DNA of 64,000 nucleotides from Myxococcota bacterium (GCA_965250285.1 OZ252299.1:2496001-2560000), one strand, 5' to 3'. Shown: positions 50,515-60,332, numbered from the stretch's first letter. Made by a program: numbers and translations. Notes: generated by a model not told the origin, from the sequence alone.

Positions 50515-51069
50515 TCAGTCGCTTTCTAGCTCTTCGGCGTTGGCCCCTAGCCAGTCGTCGAGTTCGAACTCGTCGAACAGGTCTCCAGGCTCTGACTGCT
50601 TCCAGCCAAAGTGAAGCCACTCCCGAGCGTCAGCTTCTGCGGCCGAGTAGTCGTCAAGCGTGTGCTGCCCGCTGCTCTGCACGTGCAGGAAAGCGTGCGC
50701 CAGCTCATGTGCGATCGTCGTCCGGACCAATCTTGGCGGCATCCGATCTATCAACTCAGCGGCGAAATCCATCTCGGTGTAGAGAAGCCGAGACTGCGCT
50801 ACTGCGTGCGCAGATGGACCTTGCTCGAAGCCCGGAGACTGCCGGGGCAGTAGCGCGATGCGCGGGATTGGCGCCATTTCGCCTTGCAGATCTTTCGGGC
50901 CGCGTCGCTCCCTCCAGAGGCCATTGAGCAAGCTCCGGTGCTCGGCTGGAATCATGTTCCAGGTCTCGCGGAAGAGAGCGGCGAAGCGTTCATCATCGCC
51001 GTAGCCGAGCGGCGCTACATACAGTCCCCAAGAGCTGTCGACTTCGAGCAACTCCATACAACAGTCCAT
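50515..51069 (-). CDS. HExxH zinc metallopeptidase-like protein
   Basis: TTIAHELAHAFL ... AEADA. Confidence 0.6.
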   Translation of the reverse strand: MDCCMELLEVDSSWGLYVAPLGYGDDERFAALFRETWNMIPAEHRSLLNGLWRERRGPKDLQGEMAPIPRIALLPRQSPGFEQGPSAHAVAQSRLLYTEMDFAAELIDRMPPRLVRTTIAHELAHAFLHVQSSGQHTLDDYSAAEADAREWLHFGWKQSEPGDLFDEFELDDWLGANAEELESD

Positions 51070-51227
51070 AGCCTATCGGCGGCCGTGATTGGTCAATCCA
51101 GGATCGCTCAACTCGCTGGCGCAAGAGCAGGGTGGCGCCGGAGAGTATTCAAACGGGACAAGCGTGCGTCCCGCGCCGACACCGAGCCGGCATTCGCTAC
51201 GCCTCGATAATCTCGCACGAGCCGCAA

Positions 51228-51692
51228 CTACGGCCGAATCACGCCCTGAGGAACGAGCTCCGCATCGATGAGGGCATTGAACTCGGGGCTCTGGAAGCCC
51301 TTCGCATCATTCCAAACGGCCCGAGGAATCGGGAGCGCGAAGAAGGCTCGGATATCGCTCTGCAGTCCCCAGATTGGCGTGATGGCCCCGGCGCGCGTCG
51401 CCTCGAACGCGGCGTTCAGGTGAAGGACCAGGAGCATCACGAAGAGCCGCTCCTCGCCCGTGATAGGCGTTGCCTCGAGGTTGGCGCCGGGGTCGGTGAC
51501 GCGGAGCAGGGAGGGCTTGTCAAAGACCTCCTGCCAGAGCGCTCGATGCCCTTCCGTGAACCGCACCAAGCCATCGATTCGAAGTGCCCTGCGCTGGGCC
51601 CATGCGGACCAGCCGGATAGCGCGAGCCCCGTGACGATTCCCAGCGTCTGGATGAGTTCGAACCAATGATGGGCAAGCCAGGCTGGGATCAT
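51228..51692 (-). CDS. Hypothetical protein with N-terminal TM (DUF6082-like)
   Basis: GAGGAG RBS; FELIQTLGIVTGL, FFALPIPRAVW. Confidence 0.6.
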   Translation of the reverse strand: MIPAWLAHHWFELIQTLGIVTGLALSGWSAWAQRRALRIDGLVRFTEGHRALWQEVFDKPSLLRVTDPGANLEATPITGEERLFVMLLVLHLNAAFEATRAGAITPIWGLQSDIRAFFALPIPRAVWNDAKGFQSPEFNALIDAELVPQGVIRP

Positions 51693-51753
51693 TCTCCTCG
51701 TGCACGTTCGCGGAATGCGATGCGTTTTCCACACAACGGAATACCATGATTCG

Positions 51754-52002
51754 CTACTCCGAGGGAAGGTCCTCTCGCGCCGCGGTCAGGATCCGCCTCG
51801 GGACCAGTACGATTTCCTCGTCGGGCCCGCAGCTTGCGGTCGCGGGGAGACGAGGACCGAGGGAAGAAGTGCTCCGGATTCCGATGACAGCAAAGTCGCC
51901 GTTCGAGAGCTCCCAGACGTCGGGGCAACCTGCCAGGCCGGGCGTGTCACCCGCCTCGTGGGGGTCCGGGCCGAGCCGACGAACGAACTCGAGCGAAGCC
52001 AT
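51754..52002 (-). CDS. Small hypothetical protein
   Basis: AGGAGG RBS; CPDVWELSNGDFAVIG...DEEIVLVPR. Confidence 0.7.
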   Translation of the reverse strand: MASLEFVRRLGPDPHEAGDTPGLAGCPDVWELSNGDFAVIGIRSTSSLGPRLPATASCGPDEEIVLVPRRILTAAREDLPSE

Positions 52003-52103
52003 GTGCGGCCTCCTTTCCTGGAGTCGAAGACAGCAAAATATCCCATTTTGGGATCTTCGCTACTGCGGGCGTCTCCTGCCCCAGAACAGGGGGGGCCGCT
52101 GAG

Positions 52104-52349
52104 ATGCCGCGGAAGGCGGCGGCCGACGCCCAGGACGCCCGCGACGAGGCCCGATATGCCCGGCTGCTGGCCCTCCTGCGACAGGCCCGGAAGGAGGCCG
52201 GACTGACGCAAGTCGAGGCGGCGGAGGCCCTCGGGAAGCCGCAATCCTTCGTCTCGAAGTGCGAGGCCGGCGAGCGGCGCATCGACGTCGTGGAGCTCGA
52301 GCGCTTCGCGAAGGTCTACGGGAAGCCGGTGACCTTCTTCTTGGAATAG
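52104..52349 (+). CDS. XRE-family HTH regulator
   Basis: LRQARKEAGLTQ...LGKPQSFVSKCEAGERRIDVVE. Confidence 0.9.
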   Translation: MPRKAAADAQDARDEARYARLLALLRQARKEAGLTQVEAAEALGKPQSFVSKCEAGERRIDVVELERFAKVYGKPVTFFLE

Positions 52350-52399
52350 ACACTCTGCGCAGCTTCGGTTGGCCCTCGGCGACGGCGGTCAGGCCGAGC

Positions 52400-52995
52400 T
52401 CAGTCGCTCGTCACATCCTCGATTGCCTTCGCTAGCCGCTCCTGTCTCTCGTCGAGGAACTCATCAAAGCGGCCCTCTCGCAAGGTCGAGCCCTGCCCAC
52501 CCGGAAGGAGATGGGATTCGAGCACCTTGTCGAGTCGGTCGGCACCCAGTTCGGCCTCGATCTCAGCCAGGTAGACCACCGGTGCCTTCTTCCCGATTCG
52601 AATGTTCGTCTCCTTGTCAATCAGTGTCCGATTGAGAATGCAATCCCGAAGCGTTGCCGTGACCTTGACATCAGCATCCACCAAGTACCCCTTCGGAAAG
52701 ACGTGGTGGTCGTCGATCTTCTTCTCGAGAACCATGCTGGCCGTTATGCGATTGCCGGAGTGGAAGTCCCGAGCCTCGCTTCGAAGAATGAGGGCAATGC
52801 ATCCCCGATAAACGCCCCTCTGCCGAGGTGTCGTCTCTCGAAGCACATCCGGCTCAAACGTGAAGCTCTGGACACTCTCGGGCTCGTCGCCTCCCGCGAA
52901 CCAGTTCGTGAGCTCCGTGTAGTCCTTGACTGCCTGCGAGTTCGGGGCGTTCTCGTACGACTGACCGAACACCGAGCACCAGAACCACCGCTTCG
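52400..52995 (-). pseudogene. C-terminal part of a GmrSD/DUF262-type restriction endonuclease
   Basis: KRWFWCSVFG..Y, ARDF, DDHHVFPK, ILNRTLI...TNI.IG..AP..Y; N-terminus replaced by DUF499 sequence. Confidence 0.75.
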
Positions 52996-54443
52996 TCAAA
53001 GAGCTTGTCGTTGCGGGCGCTCGCGATAAGCCTGGCTTGTGGGTTCTCCTCCTCGCGGAAAATGAGACGGTCCCCATCCTGATGAATATTGAAGCTGTTC
53101 TCTACGATTGCGGCGAGCTCCGCCTCAAAGGCGTTGTCGTCGACCGGCTTGTCTCTGGTTATATCGATGTGTAGAACCTGCGGAACGGCCCCCGCGAGGT
53201 TCTCGGCGACAAGGGAGCGCAGCCACAGCGCGCCGATGATTTCTTCAAGATGAGGAACTGTCTGGTCAGCATCCTTCACCGCGTCGCGCACCGCTTCCAG
53301 GTTCCGCTGGGCCTTCTCGCGAAGCTTCTGGTGGTGCTGGTTCGCGACCGAGTCGATGAGGGCGGTAATCCCGCTGGCGTCGTCCTCAATACGGAAGTCC
53401 GCGGCCGTGATCAGCGGTTTTGCCTGGCCGTGCTTCTTGTACAGCTGCGCGAGGATGCGAATTAGGTCACGGGTTTCCTGCGCTGCTGTTGCGACCAGCA
53501 CATGGTCTTCAAGTAGCTGCATCAAGTGAGGGGCGAAGGGCCACGTCTCAGCGAAGTCCTGCTTGGTGCGCTCATGCTCGCTAGGCGGAATCTCGGCGAG
53601 GCGGAGATACTCAGAAACATGTGCTTCGGTCAACGTCGAGATTTGGTCCGCGGGCACTTGGATACGGTTCTCGAACAGCCTGTGAAGCAACAAGCGCTGG
53701 CGATCCCGTTTAGCAGTCGGCCCTTTGAAATCGACAAGGATGGGACTGACCCGTTGAATCTGCTGAAAGGCGTCGGTGCTGCCGTTCCGCACCGAGACCA
53801 CAAGCACGAGTAGTTCGGGATGTTCCTTCGCGATTTCCGAGAGAATCTGGACGAAGTTGAAGGCCCAGTTGCGATAGGGGGTTCGCTTGGTCTGCGACAG
53901 CCCGTCGAACCACGTCTGATACTCATCTAGAATAAGGGCGCACGGTGTGTGCCTAAAGAGCTCAAGCAGCAGCTTTTCGCCGGGGACGTCCGTCTGCTTG
54001 TCGCCTTGCCCCATCCACATACCGCGGACGTGAGCGCCGTGCGGATGCCTGTCGAAGAGTAAATCCCACAAGAACTTGTAACTCTGCTTGTGAAGACTCT
54101 CGCTGATCACGCACATTGAGTCTCGCAAGGGCAAGGCGGCGATCTGCGGGTTGGCTAGGCGTTCACTCCATTCACTCAGCCAAGAGCGCGTGGCGTCCGG
54201 CTCGTTGAAGGCGTGATCGAGCACGGCCATCAAGTGGGATTTACCCTGGCCCCGCTCACCAATCATGACCAATGGACGACCCTGGCTGGGACCCACTGCC
54301 TCGATGGATTTGAGAACGTCGCCGGAGGGGTAGGTGATCTCCAAGAACTCGGTGGCGGCCATCTTCTTGGCCGTATCGAGCTCGATAGCGGTGCCTTTGA
54401 GACGGCGTCCCCGGAACTCTTCTCGCAGCTTGAGGTCAAGCAT
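52996..54443 (-). pseudogene. DUF499-family AAA ATPase, 3'-truncated
   Basis: MLDLKLREEF, FLEITYPS, GERGQGKSH, LILDE, WPFAP, QETRDLIRILA; runs out of frame into the DUF262 remnant (stop 52854). Confidence 0.75.
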
Positions 54444-54494
54444 GAGAGAGACCGCCTGGTCTCTGAGCGATATCCAGCTCAGTCTTGTGGGCTC

Positions 54495-54704
54495 TCATAC
54501 CTTGCGGGCCTCCTGTTGTGCGTTCGCCGTCTTCTGAGCTTCTACCCAGGTCTGGATGTCCTCCGGGCGGAAGCGCCAAGCGCCTGCCACCTTGAATCCT
54601 GGCAGCTCGCGGCGCTGGGCGAGGCGGTAGACCGTCTTCTCATTGACATTGAGATAGGCAGCTACCTCGCGAACGGTCATGGCGGGAGGAGTGGAGTCCG
54701 TCAT
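54495..54704 (-). CDS. Excisionase-like HTH protein
   Basis: MTVREVAAYLNVNEKTVYRLAQRRELPGFKVAGAWRF. Confidence 0.88.
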   Translation of the reverse strand: MTDSTPPAMTVREVAAYLNVNEKTVYRLAQRRELPGFKVAGAWRFRPEDIQTWVEAQKTANAQQEARKV

Positions 54705-54790
54705 CAGCCTCCTCAGGCAGGGAATCGGGTCCTAAGTAGTCCAAGTGATGGTACTCGCAGACATACGTGCAAGCCATCGATTCCCGGCCA

Positions 54791-55480
54791 CTATCTGGCG
54801 AGATGCCCCCCGGGGCTGTGGCTCGGTGGAGGAGAAAAGTGCGGCGGCCACGGTCTGCAAGCGCGAATGCAGTCCGGACACAACCGGCTCAGACCCGCCG
54901 CCTGCCGCCGGTCATTGACGCGCCGAAGAAGGGCCAGGAACTGGCGGCGCACAGGGGCATATACCTGCCACCGCGACGACTGCCTCCAGAACTCCGCCCG
55001 AAGCCGCTCCGTAGAGCGGCGGAGCGCGATGCACTCGAATTGCCGCTTGAGGTTGCGGTACGTCTCCTCGTCGAGACGAACACTCGCACGTTCCCGATGC
55101 TCGCCCCTGCGCATGGCCGAACCGTCGCGCCGCAGAGCGACCGAGTAGCCATGCGCCCGAATCGGCGTCTTTCGCAGGTCTCGAACCCGCTCCTTGGCAT
55201 CAACGGCCAGAACGAAATCCGGCGAAGTCGCCATCAAGACCCACGCCCTCCCGTGGCGGAAGTAGTGCGCGTTCGAGAGGCCGCGAGCTTTCCGGTAGGC
55301 GCGCTGCCTACGCGTCTTCCGAACGCCGTACTTCGACAGGATCTTGTCGTCGACCCGCTCGACCGCTTTTCGCTCGGGCACTTCGCCCTGAACGAAGAAC
55401 CGGTACCCGCATTGAGCCAGCACGACGACGCGCTGCACAAAGCCGGCCGGCGTCGCGCACTCATATCGGTATGGCTCCAT
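54791..55480 (-). CDS. Arg-rich basic hypothetical protein (229 aa), putative nucleic-acid binder
   Basis: GGAG RBS; GFVQ, GY.FFV.G.VP..K...VD.KI..KY, RK.RG.SN.HY.R; directly downstream of the structured region. Confidence 0.75.
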   Translation of the reverse strand: MEPYRYECATPAGFVQRVVVLAQCGYRFFVQGEVPERKAVERVDDKILSKYGVRKTRRQRAYRKARGLSNAHYFRHGRAWVLMATSPDFVLAVDAKERVRDLRKTPIRAHGYSVALRRDGSAMRRGEHRERASVRLDEETYRNLKRQFECIALRRSTERLRAEFWRQSSRWQVYAPVRRQFLALLRRVNDRRQAAGLSRLCPDCIRACRPWPPHFSPPPSHSPGGHLAR

Positions 55481-55499
55481 CTCCGCGCTCGCTCTCTCT

Positions 55500-56830
55500 G
55501 CTCTGCAAGATGCAGGGTTTCTCTCGGCGAACCCTGCGAAGACCGCACTCCAACCTCCTTTCTGCAGGCGTCGCTGCGCCTACTATGTCCCTCCTGGCCG
55601 TTCCCCAACTCATGGCTGTGCCATTCTCGCGGTCAGGAAACAAGGAAACCTGCCACCGCACTCGCGGTGTCCCTTCCTTCGCCAAAGTCGCCGTGAACCG
55701 GATGAGAGCTGCCAAGCTCCCAGCCGCTTCGCGTCCTGTCAGAAACCAATCCGCCTCGGGCCCCTGCCCGAGAGGCTCTTCCAGGCCAGCGAGGGGCCTC
55801 GCGCACTCAGGCGCGAGGCCTCACCCCGCTAGCCACGTCTGTGGTCGCGTCACTCGCGAGCCACCTCGGCGCTTTCGTTCGTCGCATCGCGTTCGGCTAC
55901 CACCCCGAACGCACGAAGGGCTCCACGACTGGCAGCCGTGTCGCCCCGGAGGCCAAAGCCTCCCTGTCCTACTTGCGCCCCGCTCCCACACTTCAGACCA
56001 CCTCGGATGACGTACCGAGCGCGGCGAGGAACCACCCTCGCTCATCTGAAGTGCTTCCCCGATTAGCAGTCGAGGTCTGATCAGAACGCAGGTCCTGGTG
56101 GTGAGCACATACGCGCGTCGGACATCCGTGTCGAGACCGGCCAGGGCCTCGACATTCTCGGGAACGCGTTCCCGAGCTTCGGGGTACGGACATAGAGGCT
56201 CCCCCTATGCCGGATGGCCGATTGTCCCAGTCTGCCTAGATAGCCGGTCGATTCCGGCCCAGCTCCTGCATTCCATTACGGGCAAGCCCTCGCGGGCCTC
56301 TTACACCGTTGAGCTCTTCGCGCGACGCACTTAGTGAAGGAGCACGCGTGCTCCGTTTTCATGCGTCGCCCGCGTTGTCTGCGCGGTACAGGGCCTCACG
56401 ACCGCTGTAGCTCCCGGCGCCCGCAGCGTAGACAGGTCTCAGAGAGACCTCGCCCCCGCTGGCTGGATTCGAGGGCCGCGTTTGCGGTCCCTCCCACCAG
56501 CTTCCTCAACCGCGGCCCTCGATCGCTCCCGAACGGAGCAAGCTCGAGGGTATGTCTCGGTCGCCCACGTCCCTGTGCGAACTGTTGAATGGGATAGAAG
56601 CTACGGATTGGACCTCGATCGAGGTGATTACTCGTAGCAGCCTCCCTCGCGCACGGACAAGCCAGTCTCCCGGCATCCGGCGCTAAGCGGCAAGAAGTTT
56701 CGCGGATGGTTAGCCCGCGCCCTTAGCCAAGCTGGTAGGGCTTGGTTTACCAGGTACTTCTCCACAGACGGAAGAGCCGAAGCAGACGCGTATCGCGCTG
56801 CCTGGCGTGAGGTCTATCCAACCTCTCAAC
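55500..56830 (-). ncRNA. Candidate large (~1.3 kb) highly structured non-coding RNA
   Basis: No credible CDS; more than 20 adjacent hairpins/multiloops; stem mismatches repeatedly A-C on + (G-U on -); promoter-like sequence at the 5' end. Confidence 0.6.
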
Positions 56831-56835
56831 ACACT

Positions 56836-56864
56836 GTTATGCCCGGAAGCGCGTTGCTAGTCAA
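56836..56864 (-). promoter_or_regulatory. Sigma70-like promoter for the candidate ncRNA
   Basis: TTGACT-17 bp-CATAAC on the minus strand; -10 box is imperfect. Confidence 0.45.
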
Positions 56865-57037
56865 AGAACGGCGCGAACGACCGAGCATCATTGGGGCCAA
56901 CGTTTCCCATTACTCCCTTTGTGCAGACGGACCGCTCGGAGCCAATCAGCCTATTGCGTACCTCAGAAACCTATGAGACAAGCGAAGAGATGGATCCGTC
57001 GGATCCGGCAAGCAACTCATCATGACCAACAACCACA

Positions 57038-57835
57038 ATGACAATGACCATCGCATTCGCAAACGAGAAGGGAGGCGTCGCAAAGACCGCCACATGCGTG
57101 AACCTGGCGGGGTGCCTTCTCGAGCAAGGCTTCCGCTGCCTGATCGTCGACTTCGACCCACAGGGAAGCGCTGGCGAGCATCTCGGCATCGCTTCCAGTG
57201 GGGAGGAACTTCTCAAAGCCCTGTCTGGCGAGCAGTCGATCGCCGACCAGGTATGCATGACCAAGAGCGGCATCGATCTCGTTCCGAGCGGTCCCTACCT
57301 GCATGCGCTCCTCGAGATGCCGCGGCGAGCCCGAGAGCGCCTCCTCGAACGCGCTCTGGGTGAACTTCCCTGTGAGACCTGGGACTTCATCCTTCTCGAC
57401 AGTCCGGCCAGAAACGATCTATTGGCCGACAACGTTCTGGTCGCGGCCGACGTCGTCGTCGTCCCCGTCGAGTGCAAGAATCAGTCGCTATCGCCCCTTC
57501 TGCGGCTTCTCGACACCGTCGACCAGGTGCAGAGTGAGTTCGGCTCACCTCGGGGCATCCTCGGCATCCTGCCGACCCGCTACCGAGCTACGACCAGCAT
57601 GAGCAAGGACTTCGTTCGCGTGCTCCGGAGCCAACTCGGTGACATCACGTTCGACACGGTGATTCGAGAGAGCACGAAGGTGGCGGAGGCGCCGAGGAAG
57701 AGCCTTCCCGTCTGCGCCTACGCTCCAGAGAGTCCTGGCGCCACCGACTACAAGACCTTCTGCGAAGAATTCCTGAGCCGCGTTGGCGAGTTCAGCATCC
57801 AATACGCTGGAGCTGCTGATGGAACAGGAATCTAA
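57038..57835 (+). CDS. parA: ParA/Soj family ATPase
   Basis: NEKGGVAKTAT, DFDPQG, LLDSP, VVVPVE, IRESTKVAEAP. Confidence 0.93.
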   Translation: MTMTIAFANEKGGVAKTATCVNLAGCLLEQGFRCLIVDFDPQGSAGEHLGIASSGEELLKALSGEQSIADQVCMTKSGIDLVPSGPYLHALLEMPRRARERLLERALGELPCETWDFILLDSPARNDLLADNVLVAADVVVVPVECKNQSLSPLLRLLDTVDQVQSEFGSPRGILGILPTRYRATTSMSKDFVRVLRSQLGDITFDTVIRESTKVAEAPRKSLPVCAYAPESPGATDYKTFCEEFLSRVGEFSIQYAGAADGTGI

Positions 57836-58151
57836 GGAATCTACCGTTGCGTTCGGCGCCATTGCGGACAACCTGCGCCGACGGAACCTGACGCCCGCGC
57901 GAAACCGAGCCGCCCCGAAGGCCGGGCCGCGGAAGAAGCGCGTCTCGTTCCATCTGACGGAGGACCTCGCAGAGCGCCTCCGGAATGCTGTCTACCACCT
58001 GTCCGGGCCACCACACCGGCTCACGATGGCCGCTCTCGCCGAGTCAGCCCTGCATCGCGAGGTCTCGCGCCTCGAGAAGGAAGCCAACGAGGGGGAGCGG
58101 TTCCCCAGCAGATCGGAGGAGCTCTCGGGAGGTCGAGGTGTCGGACGGTGA
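57819..58151 (+). CDS. ParG-like ribbon-helix-helix partition partner
   Basis: Overlaps parA; KKRVSFHLTEDLAERLRNAVY...TMAALAESAL. Confidence 0.65.
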   Translation: MEQESKESTVAFGAIADNLRRRNLTPARNRAAPKAGPRKKRVSFHLTEDLAERLRNAVYHLSGPPHRLTMAALAESALHREVSRLEKEANEGERFPSRSEELSGGRGVGR

Positions 58152-58152
58152 G

Positions 58153-59280
58153 ATGAGCCCGCCATCAGGTCGAGAGTTCCCGAGACGTCCACTGCTCTCC
58201 GTTGAGAAGCAGGTGGAAACGAACATCGAGACAGGTCGCTCCCAGACTCGAATGTTCGTCAAGCTCTACTTCGAGGCCCGAGACTCCGGTCTGCTGGCGG
58301 AGATGCCTCCCGAGCTGTGGCACACGCTTTGCTGCCTCGCCACGTACATGAACGAGGAGGGGCTCTGCTTTCCAGGCCAGCAGCGGATGGCACGGGAGCT
58401 CGGGATCAGCAGGCAGCAGCTGAACTCCAGGCTGAAACGCCTGGCCGCTTTCCGGTTCCAAGGGCGTCCGGTTATCCGAGTTTGGAAGGAGCGTAGGCGC
58501 GCGTCCGGGCGTTGGGCTCGGAACATCTACCGGGTCATGCCCGTGACCGGTCTGTCGATCTTCGGCTCGAACGCCGTGGACGGCGCCGCTGGCGGCTCGT
58601 CCGAGTCCGTGTCAAGTGGAGACGACACGGAGACCATGTCACCTCCACCCGACGCGGCCGGGCCTGACATGAACCAGAGCCATTGTTTGAACGAGAACAC
58701 AACGTGTGTTCGTTCAAACAACGTTCCTACGGGCGCATTGCTGCAGCTCTTCCACACGCGTCTCGGAAGACCGAATCACAAGCCCAGCCCGAGAGAGCAC
58801 ACGCAGGCCCGGAGATTGATTCTGGCCCACGGACCTGAGCGAGCGCGTCTGGTGGTAGAGCATGCTCTTCAGGCCGCGACACGGACGAACTTCCGGATGA
58901 GGTCGTTCGGGGCGGTGCTCCGCTACGTGGACGAAGCGCTAGCCGAGCTGGCGGCCCTAGAGTCGAAGAAGTCGAGGCAGCACGCCGAACGGCGGCGAGA
59001 GGCTGAGAAGCTTCTCCATCGCAACTATCTCGATTGGAAGCGTTCCGAGATCGCTCGCCTGCGCGCGAACTTGCCAGCGGCCGAAGCAGATGAACTCGGC
59101 CGCGCTGCACGCGACCGAGTGATTCGCGAGCACGGAGGGCAGCCCCCGGTCGGCTTCGAGACTTTGGTACGGATCGTCGTGGAAGAGGCGATATCGCGCT
59201 CAAATTCCCTTCCGGACTTCGACACGTGGAAGATGCAAGGCGCCCCAGCGAATACAGCCCTCGCGCGTGTCGCGCGTTGA
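58153..59280 (+). CDS. HTH-domain putative replication initiator
   Basis: LCCLATYMNEEGLCFPGQQRMARELGISR...L..L ... RNIY, phage/plasmid Rep-like wHTH. Confidence 0.65.
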   Translation: MSPPSGREFPRRPLLSVEKQVETNIETGRSQTRMFVKLYFEARDSGLLAEMPPELWHTLCCLATYMNEEGLCFPGQQRMARELGISRQQLNSRLKRLAAFRFQGRPVIRVWKERRRASGRWARNIYRVMPVTGLSIFGSNAVDGAAGGSSESVSSGDDTETMSPPPDAAGPDMNQSHCLNENTTCVRSNNVPTGALLQLFHTRLGRPNHKPSPREHTQARRLILAHGPERARLVVEHALQAATRTNFRMRSFGAVLRYVDEALAELAALESKKSRQHAERRREAEKLLHRNYLDWKRSEIARLRANLPAAEADELGRAARDRVIREHGGQPPVGFETLVRIVVEEAISRSNSLPDFDTWKMQGAPANTALARVAR

Positions 59281-59337
59281 ACGCACTCAACACGGCGAGA
59301 GCGAATACAACGTATTCGGTTCGCGTGCGCGAATACA
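59248..59337. repeat. GCGAATACA short repeats (iteron/centromere-like)
   Basis: Direct copies at 59248, 59301, 59329; inverted CGTATTCG at 59311. Confidence 0.55.
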
Positions 59338-59564
59338 TTCTGGTGGATTGACGACTACTCGAAGCGCTCAATACGGTCGATTGCGAGGAGACTCGCATGA
59401 ACGTTCGTCGTAGTTGCGCGAACTACCTGCCCAAGCCGGTCGCGATTTCTTGCTCGGCTGGCCGTGCGCCTTCGAAGGCGACTGCGGTTCTCCTCGTTCA
59501 GATCAGCGTGAGACGCGTTGGCCGGTTGGGCCAGCGGCCTGACGCTGCGAGCAAGGAGAGCGTC

Positions 59565-60332
59565 ATGGAAGCAAGCAAGATCGAGTGGACCGACTGCACC
59601 TTCAACCCGTGGATCGGGTGTTCGAAGGTCTCCGCGGCGTGCCGTGCCTGCTACGCGGAAACGCTGATGTCGAAGCGCTACAAGCGCGTCGAATGGGGTC
59701 CCGGCAAGCCCAGGTTGCGGACGAAGGAAGCGACGTGGGCGCAGCCCCGTGCCTGGAACCGCAAAGCTGAGAAGAACGGGACGAGGCTCCGCGTCTTCTC
59801 TGCGAGCCTCGCGGACATCTTCGATGCCGAGGTTCCGGAGGAGTGGCGAGACGACTTCTGGAGTTTGGTCTCCGAGACTCCCCACCTCGACTGGCTGGTG
59901 CTCACGAAGCGGCCCGAGAACATCAAGCCGATGCTCCCGAACGATTGGGGCACCGGGTGGTCGAACGTCTGGCTGGGAACCACGGTCGAGGATCAGGGCG
60001 CCGCCGATGCGAGGCTCCCCCAACTCCTGGAAGTCCCGGCCGTCGTTCGTTTCCTCTCCTGCGAGCCGCTTCTGGAGCCGGTCATCCTCCGTGGCTGCAC
60101 CGGGCTCGACTGGGTCATCGCGGGCGGTGAGACGGGCGCGGACGCTCGCCCGACGGACCCGACGTGGGTCCGCCTTCTTCGGGCGCAGTGCCTCGGTTCG
60201 CGTACCGCCTTCTTCTTCAAGCAGTGGGGCGACCACGACGCGACTGGCAAGCGGGTCGGAAAACACCGTGCGGGGCGGCTGCTCGACGGCCGGACCTGGG
60301 ACGAGTTCCCGACCCCGGCCGAGAGCCGCTAG
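59565..60332 (+). CDS. Phage Gp37/Gp68 (DUF5131) radical-SAM-like protein
   Basis: IEWTD.TFNPW.GC.KVS..C..CYA, LTKRP, FLSCEPLL, WVIAGGE, FFFKQWG. Confidence 0.92.
   Translation: MEASKIEWTDCTFNPWIGCSKVSAACRACYAETLMSKRYKRVEWGPGKPRLRTKEATWAQPRAWNRKAEKNGTRLRVFSASLADIFDAEVPEEWRDDFWSLVSETPHLDWLVLTKRPENIKPMLPNDWGTGWSNVWLGTTVEDQGAADARLPQLLEVPAVVRFLSCEPLLEPVILRGCTGLDWVIAGGETGADARPTDPTWVRLLRAQCLGSRTAFFFKQWGDHDATGKRVGKHRAGRLLDGRTWDEFPTPAESR

Noticed and set aside
55695..56330. Group II intron (GTGCG at 56330 on minus; domain-V-like hairpin at 55695-55730)
   Set aside because: The hairpin lacks the 2-nt bulge, no convincing domain VI or AY end, no RT ORF, the GTGCG is itself paired with upstream sequence, and structure extends ~500 nt further 5'. 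Should still be tested with Rfam intron models.
55234..56588. Short ORFs across the structured region (e.g. 55471..56010, 55821..56108, 56334..56588)
   Set aside because: Arg/Pro/Ser-rich low-information translations with no motifs or host-like codon pattern.
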